Shown piece after piece: positions 1 through 10,279 of a stretch of 64,000 bases of DNA; the first letter of the stretch is position 1; each line of letters opens with the position of its first letter. The stretch comes from a virus. Both the position numbers and the translations under genes were made by a program. The stretch lies in the IMG/VR virus record IMGVR_UViG_3300032164_000009, positions 3,004 to 67,003 of that record; one strand, 5' to 3'. The notes below the pieces were generated by a model. That model saw nothing but the letters and a program-made list of their open reading frames with translations, did not search any database and had not been told where the DNA came from.

Positions 1-2
1 TT

Positions 3-2129
3 GTGAAAGGAGCGGCAATACGTACTGAAGTGCAAACGCTTGCGCTGTCTTCCGGATGTAGCGGAGCGTTCAAGCTCGTGCCGGAAGGCAATATTGCCAA
101 TATGATCCCGGGCAACGCTGGAGGAATTGCGGCTCCCTATCAAGCGGGCGATATTCAGGACATACTGGAAATCTACTACACGGGTTCCAATGGAAGGGCC
201 GACATCGCTTCAGTGACCGGCGACAACGGCGGGCCGTTCACAATCACATGGGACGCCGGGTCTGTGGTTGCGCCGTTGGGATTCAATCACTACGGTTTCT
301 CGGCTCCCCAGCCCACGCTAAATGTAGCGCTGGACGCCAGAGGGTCCAAGGGGACAAATTCGTCTCAATCGGTGACTCTCGCCGCTGAGGCTACGGGCGG
401 AACGTGGACGATTACGGTATTGGGGGCAACGACTTCGGGGCTTGCCTGCAATGCCTCGGCTGCGAGCGTGCAAGACGCGCTGGCCGTTCTTACGCCGGTT
501 GGGTCCACCGGGACGCTCGTGGCGCTTTCTGGCAGAACGTACACGATCACTTTCGTGGGCATCTTGGCCTCAAGGGCACTCGCTCCAATCACCGCGAGTA
601 GTAGAGGTCTCGTGACCGCGGCTTATGCGCCCTTGGTCGCCGTGACTCAGACGGGAATGACGGCCAACAATGAGCAGCAGTTGCTCACGCCGACCCCAAA
701 CATGACCAGCGGCACTTGGACCATCGAGTTCGACGGACAGACCACAGACACTCTTGATTTTGACGCCAGCAATGCGGAGATTCGGTCGGCCCTCGCCCTG
801 TCCCACGGCTTCGGTAACTTTGCGGTTTCTCGCGGCCCGCTCCCCGGAAGCGCTGTTGCCCTTGAGTTCACGGGTGCCTACGCCAAGGCGAACCAGGCGG
901 AGGTTGTGGTTGTCTCCGACGTGTTAGGCATGTTGCCGGTAACGTCGATCGCGGTCGCGCCCACTCGCCTGGGCGAGGTGGCTGGCAATGAGGTCCAGAC
1001 CTTCACGGCTCCAGTGGGGATTCTCGGCGGTGCGTTTCAACTGTACTTTGCCGACACAGATTCCGTCTATCTGCCGTGGAACGCCACGGCGGCACAATTA
1101 CAAGAGGCGATGGTTACGATCATCGGAACGGGGAATTTTGTGGCAGTTGGCGGGCCGCTAAATGTCGCGCCGATCACGGGCACTTTCACGGGGGCGTATG
1201 GAAATCAGGGCCAAGCCTACATTATCGCGCTTGGCGAGGTAGGGGTCCGGCAATCCACGGCGATCACCATTACGCAGACGGCGATTGGAGACGGCGGCAC
1301 GACGATCGTGTTCGAGACGGCCGTTGAGAACCAGGGGCCAAACGACTGGATCGATGGTCTCAACTGGTCGCTTGGTCGCGCGCCCCAGGCCGCCGACGAT
1401 CTGGAATTTTGGCAGACGACAGCACATCTCCGCTGGAACTTGCCCCAGGACAACACCCGCTTCGGCACGATCACCCAATGGAAGTCTGCCACCGGCGACA
1501 TCGGGCTGCCGGATATTGACCGGACCAGGTTCGAGTCTTACGCCCAATACCGCGACACAGTATTGCGAATCTCGGCAGATGAGTGGAGATTTGGCGTCGG
1601 CGAAGGGCGGGGCTCGCAGTTCATGCGGATCGACATTGGCGATTCTCCATTGGTGGTTGTGGAAGGCACAGGCTTGCCGCAGGCAAATCTGCGAGCCCTG
1701 ATGCTATCCGGCGGCGATGATACGGTGGTTCGCTTGGACGGCGGTTCGGTGGGACTCGCGATGCACTCCGAAGAGTTGATGTCGCTCGCCGCGCTCTACA
1801 CGAGTGGCAACGTGAATCTCTACGTTGGCGACGGCGCGGCTCTTGGCAGCGTGGTACTCAACGGCGGCACCGCGCATTTCTATGCCGGCTACACCTCGAT
1901 GATCGTCTGGTCGGGGGTGATCTATCAGTACGACGGCGCGCCCGGCGACGTGACACTGAAATCCAGGACCTATTTCTATTACCTCACCCCAGAGAACGGC
2001 GGCGACTTCGTGGTTGACCCCAAAGCAAAATTCGATTTCCGGCGCGGCACCGAGGCGGTGACGATCGACAGCCTGACAGGCGGGGGCGTCAAGATCGACC
2101 CGCTGGGGCGATGCACGGTGGGGACTTGA
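3..2129 (+). CDS. C-terminal part of a large tail/virion protein (5' truncated)
   Basis: Repeated 'EVQT..GGTWTI.F.G.TT..L.WNA.AA.VQ.AL' modules, the same module type as the ORF running off the window end at 62520; probably two halves of one gene. Confidence 0.7.
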   Translation: MKGAAIRTEVQTLALSSGCSGAFKLVPEGNIANMIPGNAGGIAAPYQAGDIQDILEIYYTGSNGRADIASVTGDNGGPFTITWDAGSVVAPLGFNHYGFSAPQPTLNVALDARGSKGTNSSQSVTLAAEATGGTWTITVLGATTSGLACNASAASVQDALAVLTPVGSTGTLVALSGRTYTITFVGILASRALAPITASSRGLVTAAYAPLVAVTQTGMTANNEQQLLTPTPNMTSGTWTIEFDGQTTDTLDFDASNAEIRSALALSHGFGNFAVSRGPLPGSAVALEFTGAYAKANQAEVVVVSDVLGMLPVTSIAVAPTRLGEVAGNEVQTFTAPVGILGGAFQLYFADTDSVYLPWNATAAQLQEAMVTIIGTGNFVAVGGPLNVAPITGTFTGAYGNQGQAYIIALGEVGVRQSTAITITQTAIGDGGTTIVFETAVENQGPNDWIDGLNWSLGRAPQAADDLEFWQTTAHLRWNLPQDNTRFGTITQWKSATGDIGLPDIDRTRFESYAQYRDTVLRISADEWRFGVGEGRGSQFMRIDIGDSPLVVVEGTGLPQANLRALMLSGGDDTVVRLDGGSVGLAMHSEELMSLAALYTSGNVNLYVGDGAALGSVVLNGGTAHFYAGYTSMIVWSGVIYQYDGAPGDVTLKSRTYFYYLTPENGGDFVVDPKAKFDFRRGTEAVTIDSLTGGGVKIDPLGRCTVGT

Positions 2130-2146
2130 GGACCGGTCGGGCGCGT

Positions 2147-2926
2147 TTACTCCTTTAATTCTACCGTGCAACTCGGCGCGGTCCCCTTCTCCGTAGACCA
2201 CTCCCGACCATCGACCCGTTTTGTCCGCGTGATAGTTATCTTGGCCCTTGCGGTCGTGTCTTGGACGTAAAGGGGCCAGCGTTGAATTAAGGTATCCCCG
2301 GGCTTGATGGTTTCCTGCGAAATACCACCGATGGTTGACCGACCGATGCCGAGGGCCCGTACCGGATCGTTAAATCGATTAAAGCATTTTGCATCGATCT
2401 GAAATGCAACGACCGGCACCGAACATCGGTTTTTGACCTCAATCACAATTTCCGGAGTCCCAATAATCCCCTTAAGAAGGCCGGCCCTCACGATTCGGAG
2501 CGGACAAGCAGCCTCGGCTTTGACCTTTACGTCGCTTCGCCTTTCTGGAACCACGTTGATGGTTTTGGTCTTCCAGACTGAGTTTCCCTTTGGACCTTCT
2601 GAGAGGCGGCGAACCCAAATCGCATAGAGTTCGCCAACCTGAAGGGAGCGGAGTACGCGGCCGAATTTGGGGCCGGTATCGATGGTGTCAGTTCCGATCC
2701 GGTAAATGATGTCTCCCAATTCGAGCCCGGCCTGTTCGGCCGGACCACCCGGCACTAGATCCACAATTACAACCCCGGTGCGTTTGGGAGGAGGGACTGA
2801 GGAAAATGCGGCAAACTTCGCAACTGTCGCCACTTCAGCCACCGTGGCACCGATCGATGGATCATCGGGGGCGTCTGACTTGGCAGGTTGCGCCAGTAAG
2901 GCCAAAAATAGCGCGAGAATTTTCAT
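2147..2926 (-). CDS. Secreted PDZ-domain protein (moron-like)
   Basis: Signal-peptide-like start MKILALFLALLA; PDZ motif GVVIVDLVPGGPAEQAGLELGDIIYRIG; the only convincing minus-strand gene. Confidence 0.75.
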   Translation of the reverse strand: MKILALFLALLAQPAKSDAPDDPSIGATVAEVATVAKFAAFSSVPPPKRTGVVIVDLVPGGPAEQAGLELGDIIYRIGTDTIDTGPKFGRVLRSLQVGELYAIWVRRLSEGPKGNSVWKTKTINVVPERRSDVKVKAEAACPLRIVRAGLLKGIIGTPEIVIEVKNRCSVPVVAFQIDAKCFNRFNDPVRALGIGRSTIGGISQETIKPGDTLIQRWPLYVQDTTARAKITITRTKRVDGREWSTEKGTAPSCTVELKE

Positions 2927-3101
2927 GGTCGATCCCTCCTCCACCTGCCACCCTACCCCCTGCCCCGCTCCGCCGTCAAGGGCCCGCCACGTCGCCGCTG
3001 ACGGCCGTTTCGCCGGACCTCCGATCATACCACCCTGCCCGCGCCGTGCCCGCCACGGGCCTCCTGGTGCGTCGGTTTCGGGGGGAGGGCAGAAAAACCG
3101 C

Positions 3102-3130
3102 TTGATTCTCGCCCCGAGACAATATACTAT
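3102..3130 (+). promoter_or_regulatory. Sigma70-like promoter, probably giving a leaderless mRNA for the HTH gene
   Basis: TTGATT-17bp-TACTAT ending 6 nt before ATG 3137; no Shine-Dalgarno. Confidence 0.45.
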
Positions 3131-3136
3131 TACTGC

Positions 3137-3373
3137 ATGGGAAGCAAAGCCCCCCCTATTAGCGATTGGTTCACGCCGACCGAAGCGGCCGAACGGCTCG
3201 GCATTTCCCGCCCGCGGGTATGGCAGCTCATTAAGGCCGGCCGGCTCCCGTGCGCCCGGGCATGGGGGGCTGCCCTGATCCCCCGTGCCGCCATAGAGCA
3301 ATTCCAGCGGCGATCTACGGGCCGCCCACGCTCCGAGTCCCCTAACGGCAGGGGGAAATCAAGTTCGCCGTAA
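3137..3373 (+). CDS. Helix-turn-helix (excisionase/HTH_17-like) DNA-binding protein
   Basis: WFTPTEAAERLGISRPRVWQLIKAGRLP motif. Confidence 0.8.
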   Translation: MGSKAPPISDWFTPTEAAERLGISRPRVWQLIKAGRLPCARAWGAALIPRAAIEQFQRRSTGRPRSESPNGRGKSSSP

Positions 3374-3478
3374 CTAACTACACCGTAAGGCTTTAGCTTA
3401 CTGGACAGTTAGTATTTTCCGCCCCGGGAAAATCAGAAAGACTTAACCTCAATAGGCGCAATGACTTAGGAAATCTGC

Positions 3479-3506
3479 TTGCAAATGCTTACCCGAGCGG
3501 TATAAT
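3479..3506 (+). promoter_or_regulatory. Sigma70-like early promoter
   Basis: TTGCAA-16bp-TATAAT upstream of the early gene cluster. Confidence 0.65.
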
Positions 3507-3559
3507 AAGGGTATGAGAGGGAAAGAAAACACCAACCCCCTACCCCAACGAGGTGAAAG

Positions 3560-3727
3560 ATGAACGAGACGAAACAAACCGAATGCCTGTATTGTGGCGT
3601 AATGGTCCGCGCCATGAGCGAGGAAGAGCGACCGCCCGCCATCAATGACGACAGCGCGTGGGAGGCACTTGCAGCCGACCATGCCCCCGATTGCGACTGG
3701 GTTCGGACACGAGCGCACCGCATCTGA
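3560..3727 (+). CDS. Small hypothetical protein (MNETKQTECLYCG...)
   Basis: 55 aa ORF not in the track; GAGGTG RBS; CxxC motif. Confidence 0.55.
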   Translation: MNETKQTECLYCGVMVRAMSEEERPPAINDDSAWEALAADHAPDCDWVRTRAHRI

Positions 3728-3818
3728 CGACCCCTCCCCGCGGCCCCTGGTGTGAGCAGGGGCGCACGGGAGCGGCCGACTACCGGACGCCAAACCCCTA
3801 GCCCAATGAGGTGATGAG

Positions 3819-4256
3819 ATGTCCGCTTTTATCGTGTCCCCCGAGACTATGCAGCGCTGTGTTTCGGCCCTGCACCACCGCCACGACCCATGCGCTCAGG
3901 CCGATCAGCTCGGCCGGGAACTGTTCAAGTTGAACGCGCAGGCCGTCGCCCACCGCTATGGCAAATGCGACGAGATTCCCGAGGAGTCGGATTGGACCTG
4001 GCGAGTGGACTGCCCATCGCTTTACTACGACTGCCCCGACGATCTGGGCATCGCGTGTGACCAACTCAAGGCCCTCCACTGCCTTCGCTACCAACTCACT
4101 GAGGGCGATGAGGTGCCAGCCACAAGTCTTTATGGCCAGATCAAGCGCCGCATCCAAGAACTTGAGGGGCACATCGTCACCCGTCTGCCCGAGTACAAGG
4201 CCGCCGCCTGGGATTCCCAGACTCCGCCGTGCGTCGAAGCCAACGCGACAAGATAG
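3819..4256 (+). CDS. Hypothetical early phage protein
   Basis: GAGGTG RBS; motifs MSAFIVS..LFKLNAQAV.HRY and LKALHCLRYQ..EG. Confidence 0.65.
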   Translation: MSAFIVSPETMQRCVSALHHRHDPCAQADQLGRELFKLNAQAVAHRYGKCDEIPEESDWTWRVDCPSLYYDCPDDLGIACDQLKALHCLRYQLTEGDEVPATSLYGQIKRRIQELEGHIVTRLPEYKAAAWDSQTPPCVEANATR

Positions 4257-4384
4257 CCGGCCTAGGCTACGGGGGTAGCCGATCGGGGCGGGCGAGGCAT
4301 CACCTCCTCAGCCCGCCTCTGGCCGGCCCCTGGACCAGACCACCAATTACCCGCCGCCCCAGGCGGCACAACAAGGAGAAAATC

Positions 4385-4663
4385 ATGAGAACCGATGAAT
4401 TGGCGAGTACAGCATTGATCGATGAAGCCCAGCGAAGATTGCCACCGGCAGTCGCCGCCTCGCTGTTTGGCGATGGGGCCGCCTCCACCGAAGAGGAGGC
4501 CAACGCCGAAATCAGCGAAGAATTGTGCGGCCCCGGCAAATTTGGAGTGCATCCCAAGTCAGATGCCGGCTGGGCGGTCGTCAACCTGGAGTCGGGGCGT
4601 GTCTGGGCTGAGTTTGCGGAATGCGGTGAGGCCGTGGATGCCGCGCGCAAACTGAATCAGTAG
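4385..4663 (+). CDS. Hypothetical protein
   Basis: AAGGAG RBS before ATG 4385. Confidence 0.55.
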   Translation: MRTDELASTALIDEAQRRLPPAVAASLFGDGAASTEEEANAEISEELCGPGKFGVHPKSDAGWAVVNLESGRVWAEFAECGEAVDAARKLNQ

Positions 4664-4711
4664 CCGCCCCCAGGCGGCATACAGGCCCGCGAGGGCCGAG
4701 GAGAAAATGAA

Positions 4712-4906
4712 ATGTCCGCGCCAATGACGCTATCGCAAATTGCCGATAGCTACTTAACACTGATCCCAACAAATTTCGAGGCCATGCTGCGGCGGCACGA
4801 GGCCACGGACAAAAATTGCAGCCTTGTCCTCTCAGCACTGCTCGCCGGAACACTGAAGGAGGACTGGGCGCGCGATCATGCCACCCCAGAAGTGCTGACG
4901 CACTAA
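4712..4906 (+). CDS. Hypothetical protein
   Basis: GAGGAG RBS. Confidence 0.5.
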   Translation: MSAPMTLSQIADSYLTLIPTNFEAMLRRHEATDKNCSLVLSALLAGTLKEDWARDHATPEVLTH

Positions 4907-5165
4907 CACCCGCCGCCCCCGGCCGGTTGCCGGCAGTGATCCGGCCCAGCGATAGGCACACCGAGCCGGGCGGCGGAGAAAAACAGGAGGCGGCCCAATG
5001 GGTATAAATCGCCAGAAGGTTTTGGAACCGAGACGGACATTGTTTTGGTGCGAACATTGCGATCGTGCTCGGGTGGCTCCCGGTGGTAGGTGCCCGGTCT
5101 GTCGCCAGCGCGCGAGTAAACGAAGACTGCGGAAATAGATAACAGGAGGCGGCTGAAGGGCCGAC

Positions 5166-5669
5166 GTGACGATGGGATTCGAGCGAACAATCGACTTTAT
5201 GCCAGCGTTCGATGGTCGGCCCGGCGGGCCACCCGAATGGCGCAGGCCAAACATGAAACCGGACGACGGCACACCACATACTGATTACGGCATTGGTGGC
5301 GTCTCGATTCGGTTTTCCCTCCGCGGACCACTGGGGGGCGTCACGTTTTCCCTCCTGACCGATTGGTATCCGCCCCACGTCCAACGCAATGGGAGCCACC
5401 ATGAGGACGTGCGCCCGACAGGTGCGGGAGTAGAATACCATTCTCCAGTGCCACACTTCGAGGGACAGGAAGCGCGCCGGGGGCCCGGTAAGTGCGACAT
5501 GGTTCCCGCCGGTCAATCGTGTTTTTCCGACGGATCGACGTTGCTGGCCGATGAATGGGTCACAAACATCCTGTTGCCGCGTGGGTCTGCCGGTGTTTGG
5601 GCGGAAATGGAAAAGTGGTATCACAAGCAATTTCAACCCGAGGAGGCGGCCACGGCCGCGAAGAAATGA
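5166..5669 (+). CDS. Hypothetical protein
   Basis: Coding-like composition; stop overlaps next ATG. Confidence 0.6.
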   Translation: MTMGFERTIDFMPAFDGRPGGPPEWRRPNMKPDDGTPHTDYGIGGVSIRFSLRGPLGGVTFSLLTDWYPPHVQRNGSHHEDVRPTGAGVEYHSPVPHFEGQEARRGPGKCDMVPAGQSCFSDGSTLLADEWVTNILLPRGSAGVWAEMEKWYHKQFQPEEAATAAKK

Positions 5670-5950
5670 GCCACAGGCCGACACCGTGGGAAACGGGGCA
5701 CACGCATGGCGGTGCTCTCGGAATTTGGTCCGCTGGCTGCAAGGCAGACGAACCGGATATCTGTCGGATCGCATCGGTGGCGTCAGGGATCCACGAGGCG
5801 AACGCCGCTCTGATCGTCCGCGCCGTCAACTCTCACGCGCTCCTGGTCGAGGCGTGCCAGACGGTCCTTGATCTGCTCGACAACCGCGGCCCCGTGGCGG
5901 TGGTATTACTGGAGGCCCTTGGCGCGGCCGGCGAGACGAAAGGAACCTGA
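5666..5950 (+). CDS. Hypothetical phage protein
   Basis: HxPxPW...EANAALIVRAVNSH motif common in phage early genes; ATGA coupling. Confidence 0.6.
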   Translation: MSHRPTPWETGHTHGGALGIWSAGCKADEPDICRIASVASGIHEANAALIVRAVNSHALLVEACQTVLDLLDNRGPVAVVLLEALGAAGETKGT

Positions 5951-5952
5951 AT

Positions 5953-6294
5953 ATGGAACGACCCGAGAGGTGCGCTAGGTGCAAGTGGTGGGTGCGCGAA
6001 TCAGATCTTGGCCTCGCTCCAGACTGGGGTGAGTGCAAGCGCCACGCCCCCGCTCCACGGATGGCGTATATTTTCCGCGATCCGGATGCTGGCGTTGATT
6101 ATTCCGTCGCGTGGCCCGAATTGCATGGCACCGACTTCTGCGGCGAGTTCACACCGATGGACTCCCCCGTGCCTCTGGTTCCGCCAGGCTGCCCGCTCGG
6201 GGAACTCTTGGGCGGCCGTCCGATCGTCAGTGAGCGCGGTCCGTTTGACCTTGAGTTCCGACCCGATGGGGCGGGCGGGGCGACCACGGCCTGA
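5953..6294 (+). CDS. Hypothetical Cys-rich protein
   Basis: CARCKWW...GECKRHAP...WP...DFCGEF motif. Confidence 0.6.
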   Translation: MERPERCARCKWWVRESDLGLAPDWGECKRHAPAPRMAYIFRDPDAGVDYSVAWPELHGTDFCGEFTPMDSPVPLVPPGCPLGELLGGRPIVSERGPFDLEFRPDGAGGATTA

Positions 6295-6348
6295 CGACGC
6301 CCTCCCCTCCGTGTAGTTTCGTGTACAAGGCCCGCTCCGGCGGGATTA

Positions 6349-6377
6349 TTGACAACCGCAGTTGACAAAAATAGAAT
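6349..6377 (+). promoter_or_regulatory. Sigma70-like promoter
   Basis: TTGACA-17bp-TAGAAT. Confidence 0.65.
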
Positions 6378-6959
6378 GACCTCGGCCCGCCGCCCTTGGG
6401 TGTTTCCTGTCAAGGTCCGCTCGGGGGCGCGCGGGTCTTTTTTTTCCTCCGGGAACGTGGTACAATGCCAACAGCCGGAGCGGTCGTCGCTCCGACAGAC
6501 CTTGACAATGGTCGCCGGCCTCTGCCGGCAACGGGTTATGACGCGCCGACCTTTCTCCCGTGAAACGAAAAAGGCCGTAGGGCCGCGCCCTTACAAAGTC
6601 GGGCGTCGGCGAGGTCCAGCGGAAACAGTGCCGCTCTCAAGAGCGATCCGGGCAACGGCGAACTGGTTGATGTTCGATTACTCCCGACGCCCCGGTCCAC
6701 ACGGCAGACGAAACAGCGCTGGTATAAAGCGGACTGCCTGCCAAGCAGTCCAGGACCTCGCCCAAGGCTTGCTCGCTTCGGCGGGCTAGACCATTGCCTA
6801 TCGTGCTCTCACTAGAGCAAAGGGGCCAGCAAGCCCTTATGCCAAGGGACGGGAGTTCACACTCCGCCCCGCTCTGGCGGGCCTTCTCTTTGCGCCCTCT
6901 GCGCGCCGGTATTACATCTTCCGACTTTCGTAACACTTCGGATTCCGTAAACTTTGCTG

Positions 6960-6987
6960 TTGACACCGGCCGGGCGGCTGGTAAATT
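6960..6987 (+). promoter_or_regulatory. Sigma70-like promoter
   Basis: TTGACA-16bp-TAAATT with TGn extended -10. Confidence 0.55.
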
Positions 6988-7412
6988 GACGCGTGAACGT
7001 ACCGAAGTGACCCCGGAATCAGCCGGGGCGGGAGCCAAGGAACGGATATGGCACCGCGAAACTCCAACGATGAAAATCCCCGCCGCGCCCGTCTCGGGCC
7101 CTCTGAGTCACTTCGGTCGCTCGGGGCGGCCGGCGGGATTTTTCTTACACTCCCCTTTCATGTACCACCCCTACGGATAATGTTTCTTATGTTCGGTCGG
7201 CGTGGGGGTTTTTGCTGGGAAAAGGCCGATTTTCGAGCGCGGCGCGCAGAAAAGGTACACGATTCGTCCCGCATCGCGCCCGCGCTTCTCCGCCGACCGG
7301 CAGCTGCGGCTGCCGATCTGACGCTCTCGCGGCACGCTCTCAACGCCCGTCGGATGGTACCACTGCGGTTTCCGCCGCAGGTCCGGCGGGCTTTTTACTT
7401 GGAGGATATGTG

Positions 7413-8417
7413 ATGGCCGTTAATTGGGTTCCGTCCGCTGATCAGGAACGGTTTATGGAGGAGATTGGGATAACATGGGAACTTGTCGAGGCCCCGATTT
7501 CCGCGTTCGACTTAGTGTTGTCACGTCACAACAAGGCCCGTCCGGTTGAGCCGAAACTTCCCGACGTTGTTGCTGGCCTCAGGGAAGACATGGATGCTGG
7601 TTATCCCATTCCGAGAATAATTACCTATCGCTCTCCGACTGGCTACGCGATTGCCGATGGAAACCAGCGTATCTACGCATTCGAGGAGCGTATTGCCGAT
7701 GGCATCGAGCAACCGAACGCAGTAATCGGCATGTACCTAATGACCGGAGAGGACCGCGTTGCACGCGACTATGCGACTCTATTTGCAAACTGCCGGCATG
7801 GCGGAAGGAATCCCACTGAGGAAAAGATTTTGCTTGCAATGCGAGCCGTTAAGGAAATGGGCGAAACGGTTAAGCGGGCTTCCCGTCTGGCCGGTATCTC
7901 GGAATCTACACTCCGGGATCGTCTTGTTGCAGAGGAGGAATATAAAAAACTCTGCCGTGCTGGCCACAAAGCGACCGCCGACGTGCTTAAGCCAGCCGTC
8001 CTGGTTCAGCTTCGCAAAGTAAACCAAAACGATCACGCACGGGAAGCTCTGGCGGGGATTGCGGCACAGCACAATCTTCCGGCGGTTGCCGTGTCGGAAC
8101 TAGCCGCGAGGGTAAAAAAAGCGGGGAGCGACAGGGATCGGCTCAAGATACTAGCGGACGAGCGTGAACGATTGATCGGTATAGCGAATGGAAGGACTAC
8201 CAAAACACGCACTACCAGCAAAGTGCCGACACGAGGATACCGCGATAGGATTTTGCGGCTATCCGGAGCACTCCTGCATTTTCTCAATTCCGGCCGAGGA
8301 GGCGAGGCTTTCAGGTCACTGGATGACTTTGGGGTGTCAGTATCCGACAGAAAAGCGACGGCCAACCAACTGAAGGAACTGTTGAGAATCCTTTCATGTA
8401 TCACAAAAAAAGAATAG
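7413..8417 (+). CDS. ParB/Srx-like N-terminal domain plus HTH protein
   Basis: IPRIITY..TGYAIADGNQRIYA (ParB-like motif), then HTH; GGAGG RBS. Confidence 0.65.
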   Translation: MAVNWVPSADQERFMEEIGITWELVEAPISAFDLVLSRHNKARPVEPKLPDVVAGLREDMDAGYPIPRIITYRSPTGYAIADGNQRIYAFEERIADGIEQPNAVIGMYLMTGEDRVARDYATLFANCRHGGRNPTEEKILLAMRAVKEMGETVKRASRLAGISESTLRDRLVAEEEYKKLCRAGHKATADVLKPAVLVQLRKVNQNDHAREALAGIAAQHNLPAVAVSELAARVKKAGSDRDRLKILADERERLIGIANGRTTKTRTTSKVPTRGYRDRILRLSGALLHFLNSGRGGEAFRSLDDFGVSVSDRKATANQLKELLRILSCITKKE

Positions 8418-8782
8418 ATCACGCAGCGTATGCGCCAGGATATTTTCGCCGTGGCCTATCAAGAGCACAGGTGCGTCACGAAATGCTAGACCTCAAATGG
8501 CATACGGTTCATGAGCTTGCGTGTCGCCTTGACGATGTGATTCCAGCCGAATGCAAGTTGCGGATCGAGAGTTATGATCGAAAGAGTGGCTGGTGCCGCC
8601 CATCCGACATCATGCACGTTCGATTATTTAACGGAACCTGCCGCATCATCTTGCTTCTGTTATCAGTGTTGTTTCGGGATGGGTCCGTTGAAAAGAAGGC
8701 GGCCGGTGATCTGATCGTATATCGCCTAAAAGGGCAAGGTGTTGACCGCGACGGAAACCTTGTGCGAAAGGCCAAAACGTGA
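8396..8782 (+). CDS. Hypothetical protein, possibly winged helix
   Basis: Overlaps the end of the ParB-like gene; same lower-GC block; start uncertain. Confidence 0.45.
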   Translation: MYHKKRIDHAAYAPGYFRRGLSRAQVRHEMLDLKWHTVHELACRLDDVIPAECKLRIESYDRKSGWCRPSDIMHVRLFNGTCRIILLLLSVLFRDGSVEKKAAGDLIVYRLKGQGVDRDGNLVRKAKT

Positions 8783-9507
8783 CTTCCTCCTTCCCCGCCA
8801 CCCTTCCCGGCTTCCCGCTGTGCTGGCCTGGCGAAACAGCGACACGGAGCGGCGGCGGGCTTTTTTCTGCCCCGCCCGCACTTCTCCGCCGACCGGCAGA
8901 GGAGGCCGTCGCATGACCCCCCTGCCCTCTTCGCATCGACACGAGCGATTGAACACGGCGGCGGCGGCTCCGGTGTGGTCCAAACGATCCCACGCCGAAG
9001 GTCGCAAGACAGGCGCGTCGCCGCTGCTTCTCCAATCCGAGTCGCTCCACCGCCTTGAGCACCTCCTCGTGCCGCCGGTCTGGGTCACGGTCCGGCGGTG
9101 TCGAGCGACTCGTTACGCCCGCTCCCCGCCGAACTGGCGCGGGGCGGGCTGTGCGCATTGCTGGGGCGGCGGGGACAGCGACCCGCGGAATGCAAGGGGC
9201 GACCGAGAAACGCATTATGCAATGCAGAAGCGTACTGCTCAGGACCCGTTCGCTGGACCAATCGCCCGTGGTCCAAGTCGGTGCAATTCCGACCCCCAGC
9301 GACTTGCAGCACTTCGGCAAATGGCGGCCGTTCAGCGGTTGCAACGCCAGTGGTGCTGTTCGGACGGCTTGTGCCGTCGGGCGGCGGCGACCTGCTGGGT
9401 CCATGTTCGATGCCCGACTACGCCTGGCTCGCGCGCGCAGCGGGTCAGCTCTGTCAGAATGTCGGGGCCGCCGCTTTTTTTCACTTCACATTCAAGGAGG
9501 AAACACA

Positions 9508-9690
9508 ATGTTGCTGCTCACCAGGATGCGAGCGGAAGGGATCACGATCGATCACCCCGCTGGACTGATCCACGTTGTCGTCGTTGAAATCCGTGGCAAG
9601 ACGGTTCGACTGGGGATCACGGCGCCTCGGGAGGTTGTGGTGGACCGCGACGAGGTAGCCCAACGGAGAAAAATGAACAAGGAGAGCTGA
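9508..9690 (+). CDS. csrA: Carbon storage regulator CsrA-like RNA-binding protein
   Basis: MLLLTR..EGITI..IHVVVVEIRGKTVRLGITAPREVVVDRDEV matches the CsrA consensus; AAGGAGG RBS. Confidence 0.85.
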   Translation: MLLLTRMRAEGITIDHPAGLIHVVVVEIRGKTVRLGITAPREVVVDRDEVAQRRKMNKES

Positions 9691-9702
9691 GGAGAATAAG
9701 CC

Positions 9703-9930
9703 ATGACCGAATCGGGCCAAGAGCAGAGCGCAAGCACCCCCGCCGACCGCGTGGGCGATGGGATCGAACGGGAAATCGACGTACAGGAACTCAATAGACT
9801 CCTAGCAAATGCGCGAATCGCACTTGACGAGAGATACAGTCAGGCCCTCCAAGCGCTTCGGGTAGTCGAACGCTACTTGCGATCATCTTACTTTATCAAG
9901 GGCGACGGCGCGCCGGAGGGGAAGCAATGA
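9703..9930 (+). CDS. Hypothetical protein
   Basis: GAGGAG RBS; ATGA coupling to the next gene. Confidence 0.5.
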   Translation: MTESGQEQSASTPADRVGDGIEREIDVQELNRLLANARIALDERYSQALQALRVVERYLRSSYFIKGDGAPEGKQ

Positions 9931-10208
9931 AGTGCTGCGGACAAGAGCGAACGACGCGGTTCTGCCCGGAGTGCGGAACGCGGGTACAAGAAACGCACGA
10001 CCTATATGGCCTGCTTGGCTATTGTCGAGGAAAGGCAAGCGGCGCCAACAAGTCAGCAGAGACGAATCGCATGCAGGGAGGGTATGGAGCTCCAGACATC
10101 GAATACCAAGAGCGGCAAGAACGCATTGCCAAAAAGTGGACGACGTGGGCGGACGAATTGGAACGGCTGATGAATCAAGCTAAGGGCGACGGCACGCCGG
10201 ACACTTGA
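9927..10208 (+). CDS. Zinc-ribbon hypothetical protein
   Basis: MKCCG..RFCPECG. Confidence 0.55.
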   Translation: MKCCGQERTTRFCPECGTRVQETHDLYGLLGYCRGKASGANKSAETNRMQGGYGAPDIEYQERQERIAKKWTTWADELERLMNQAKGDGTPDT

Positions 10209-10279
10209 GCACGATGCAACCGCCCGGCTGATGCAGGAGCGGAGGCCGGGCATAACACTTTGACACGAGGAGAAAACCA

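Noticed and set aside
2927-3301. Extended N-terminus of the minus-strand 384-aa ORF
   Set aside because: Overlaps the HTH gene and promoter; the signal peptide and RBS point to a start at 2926
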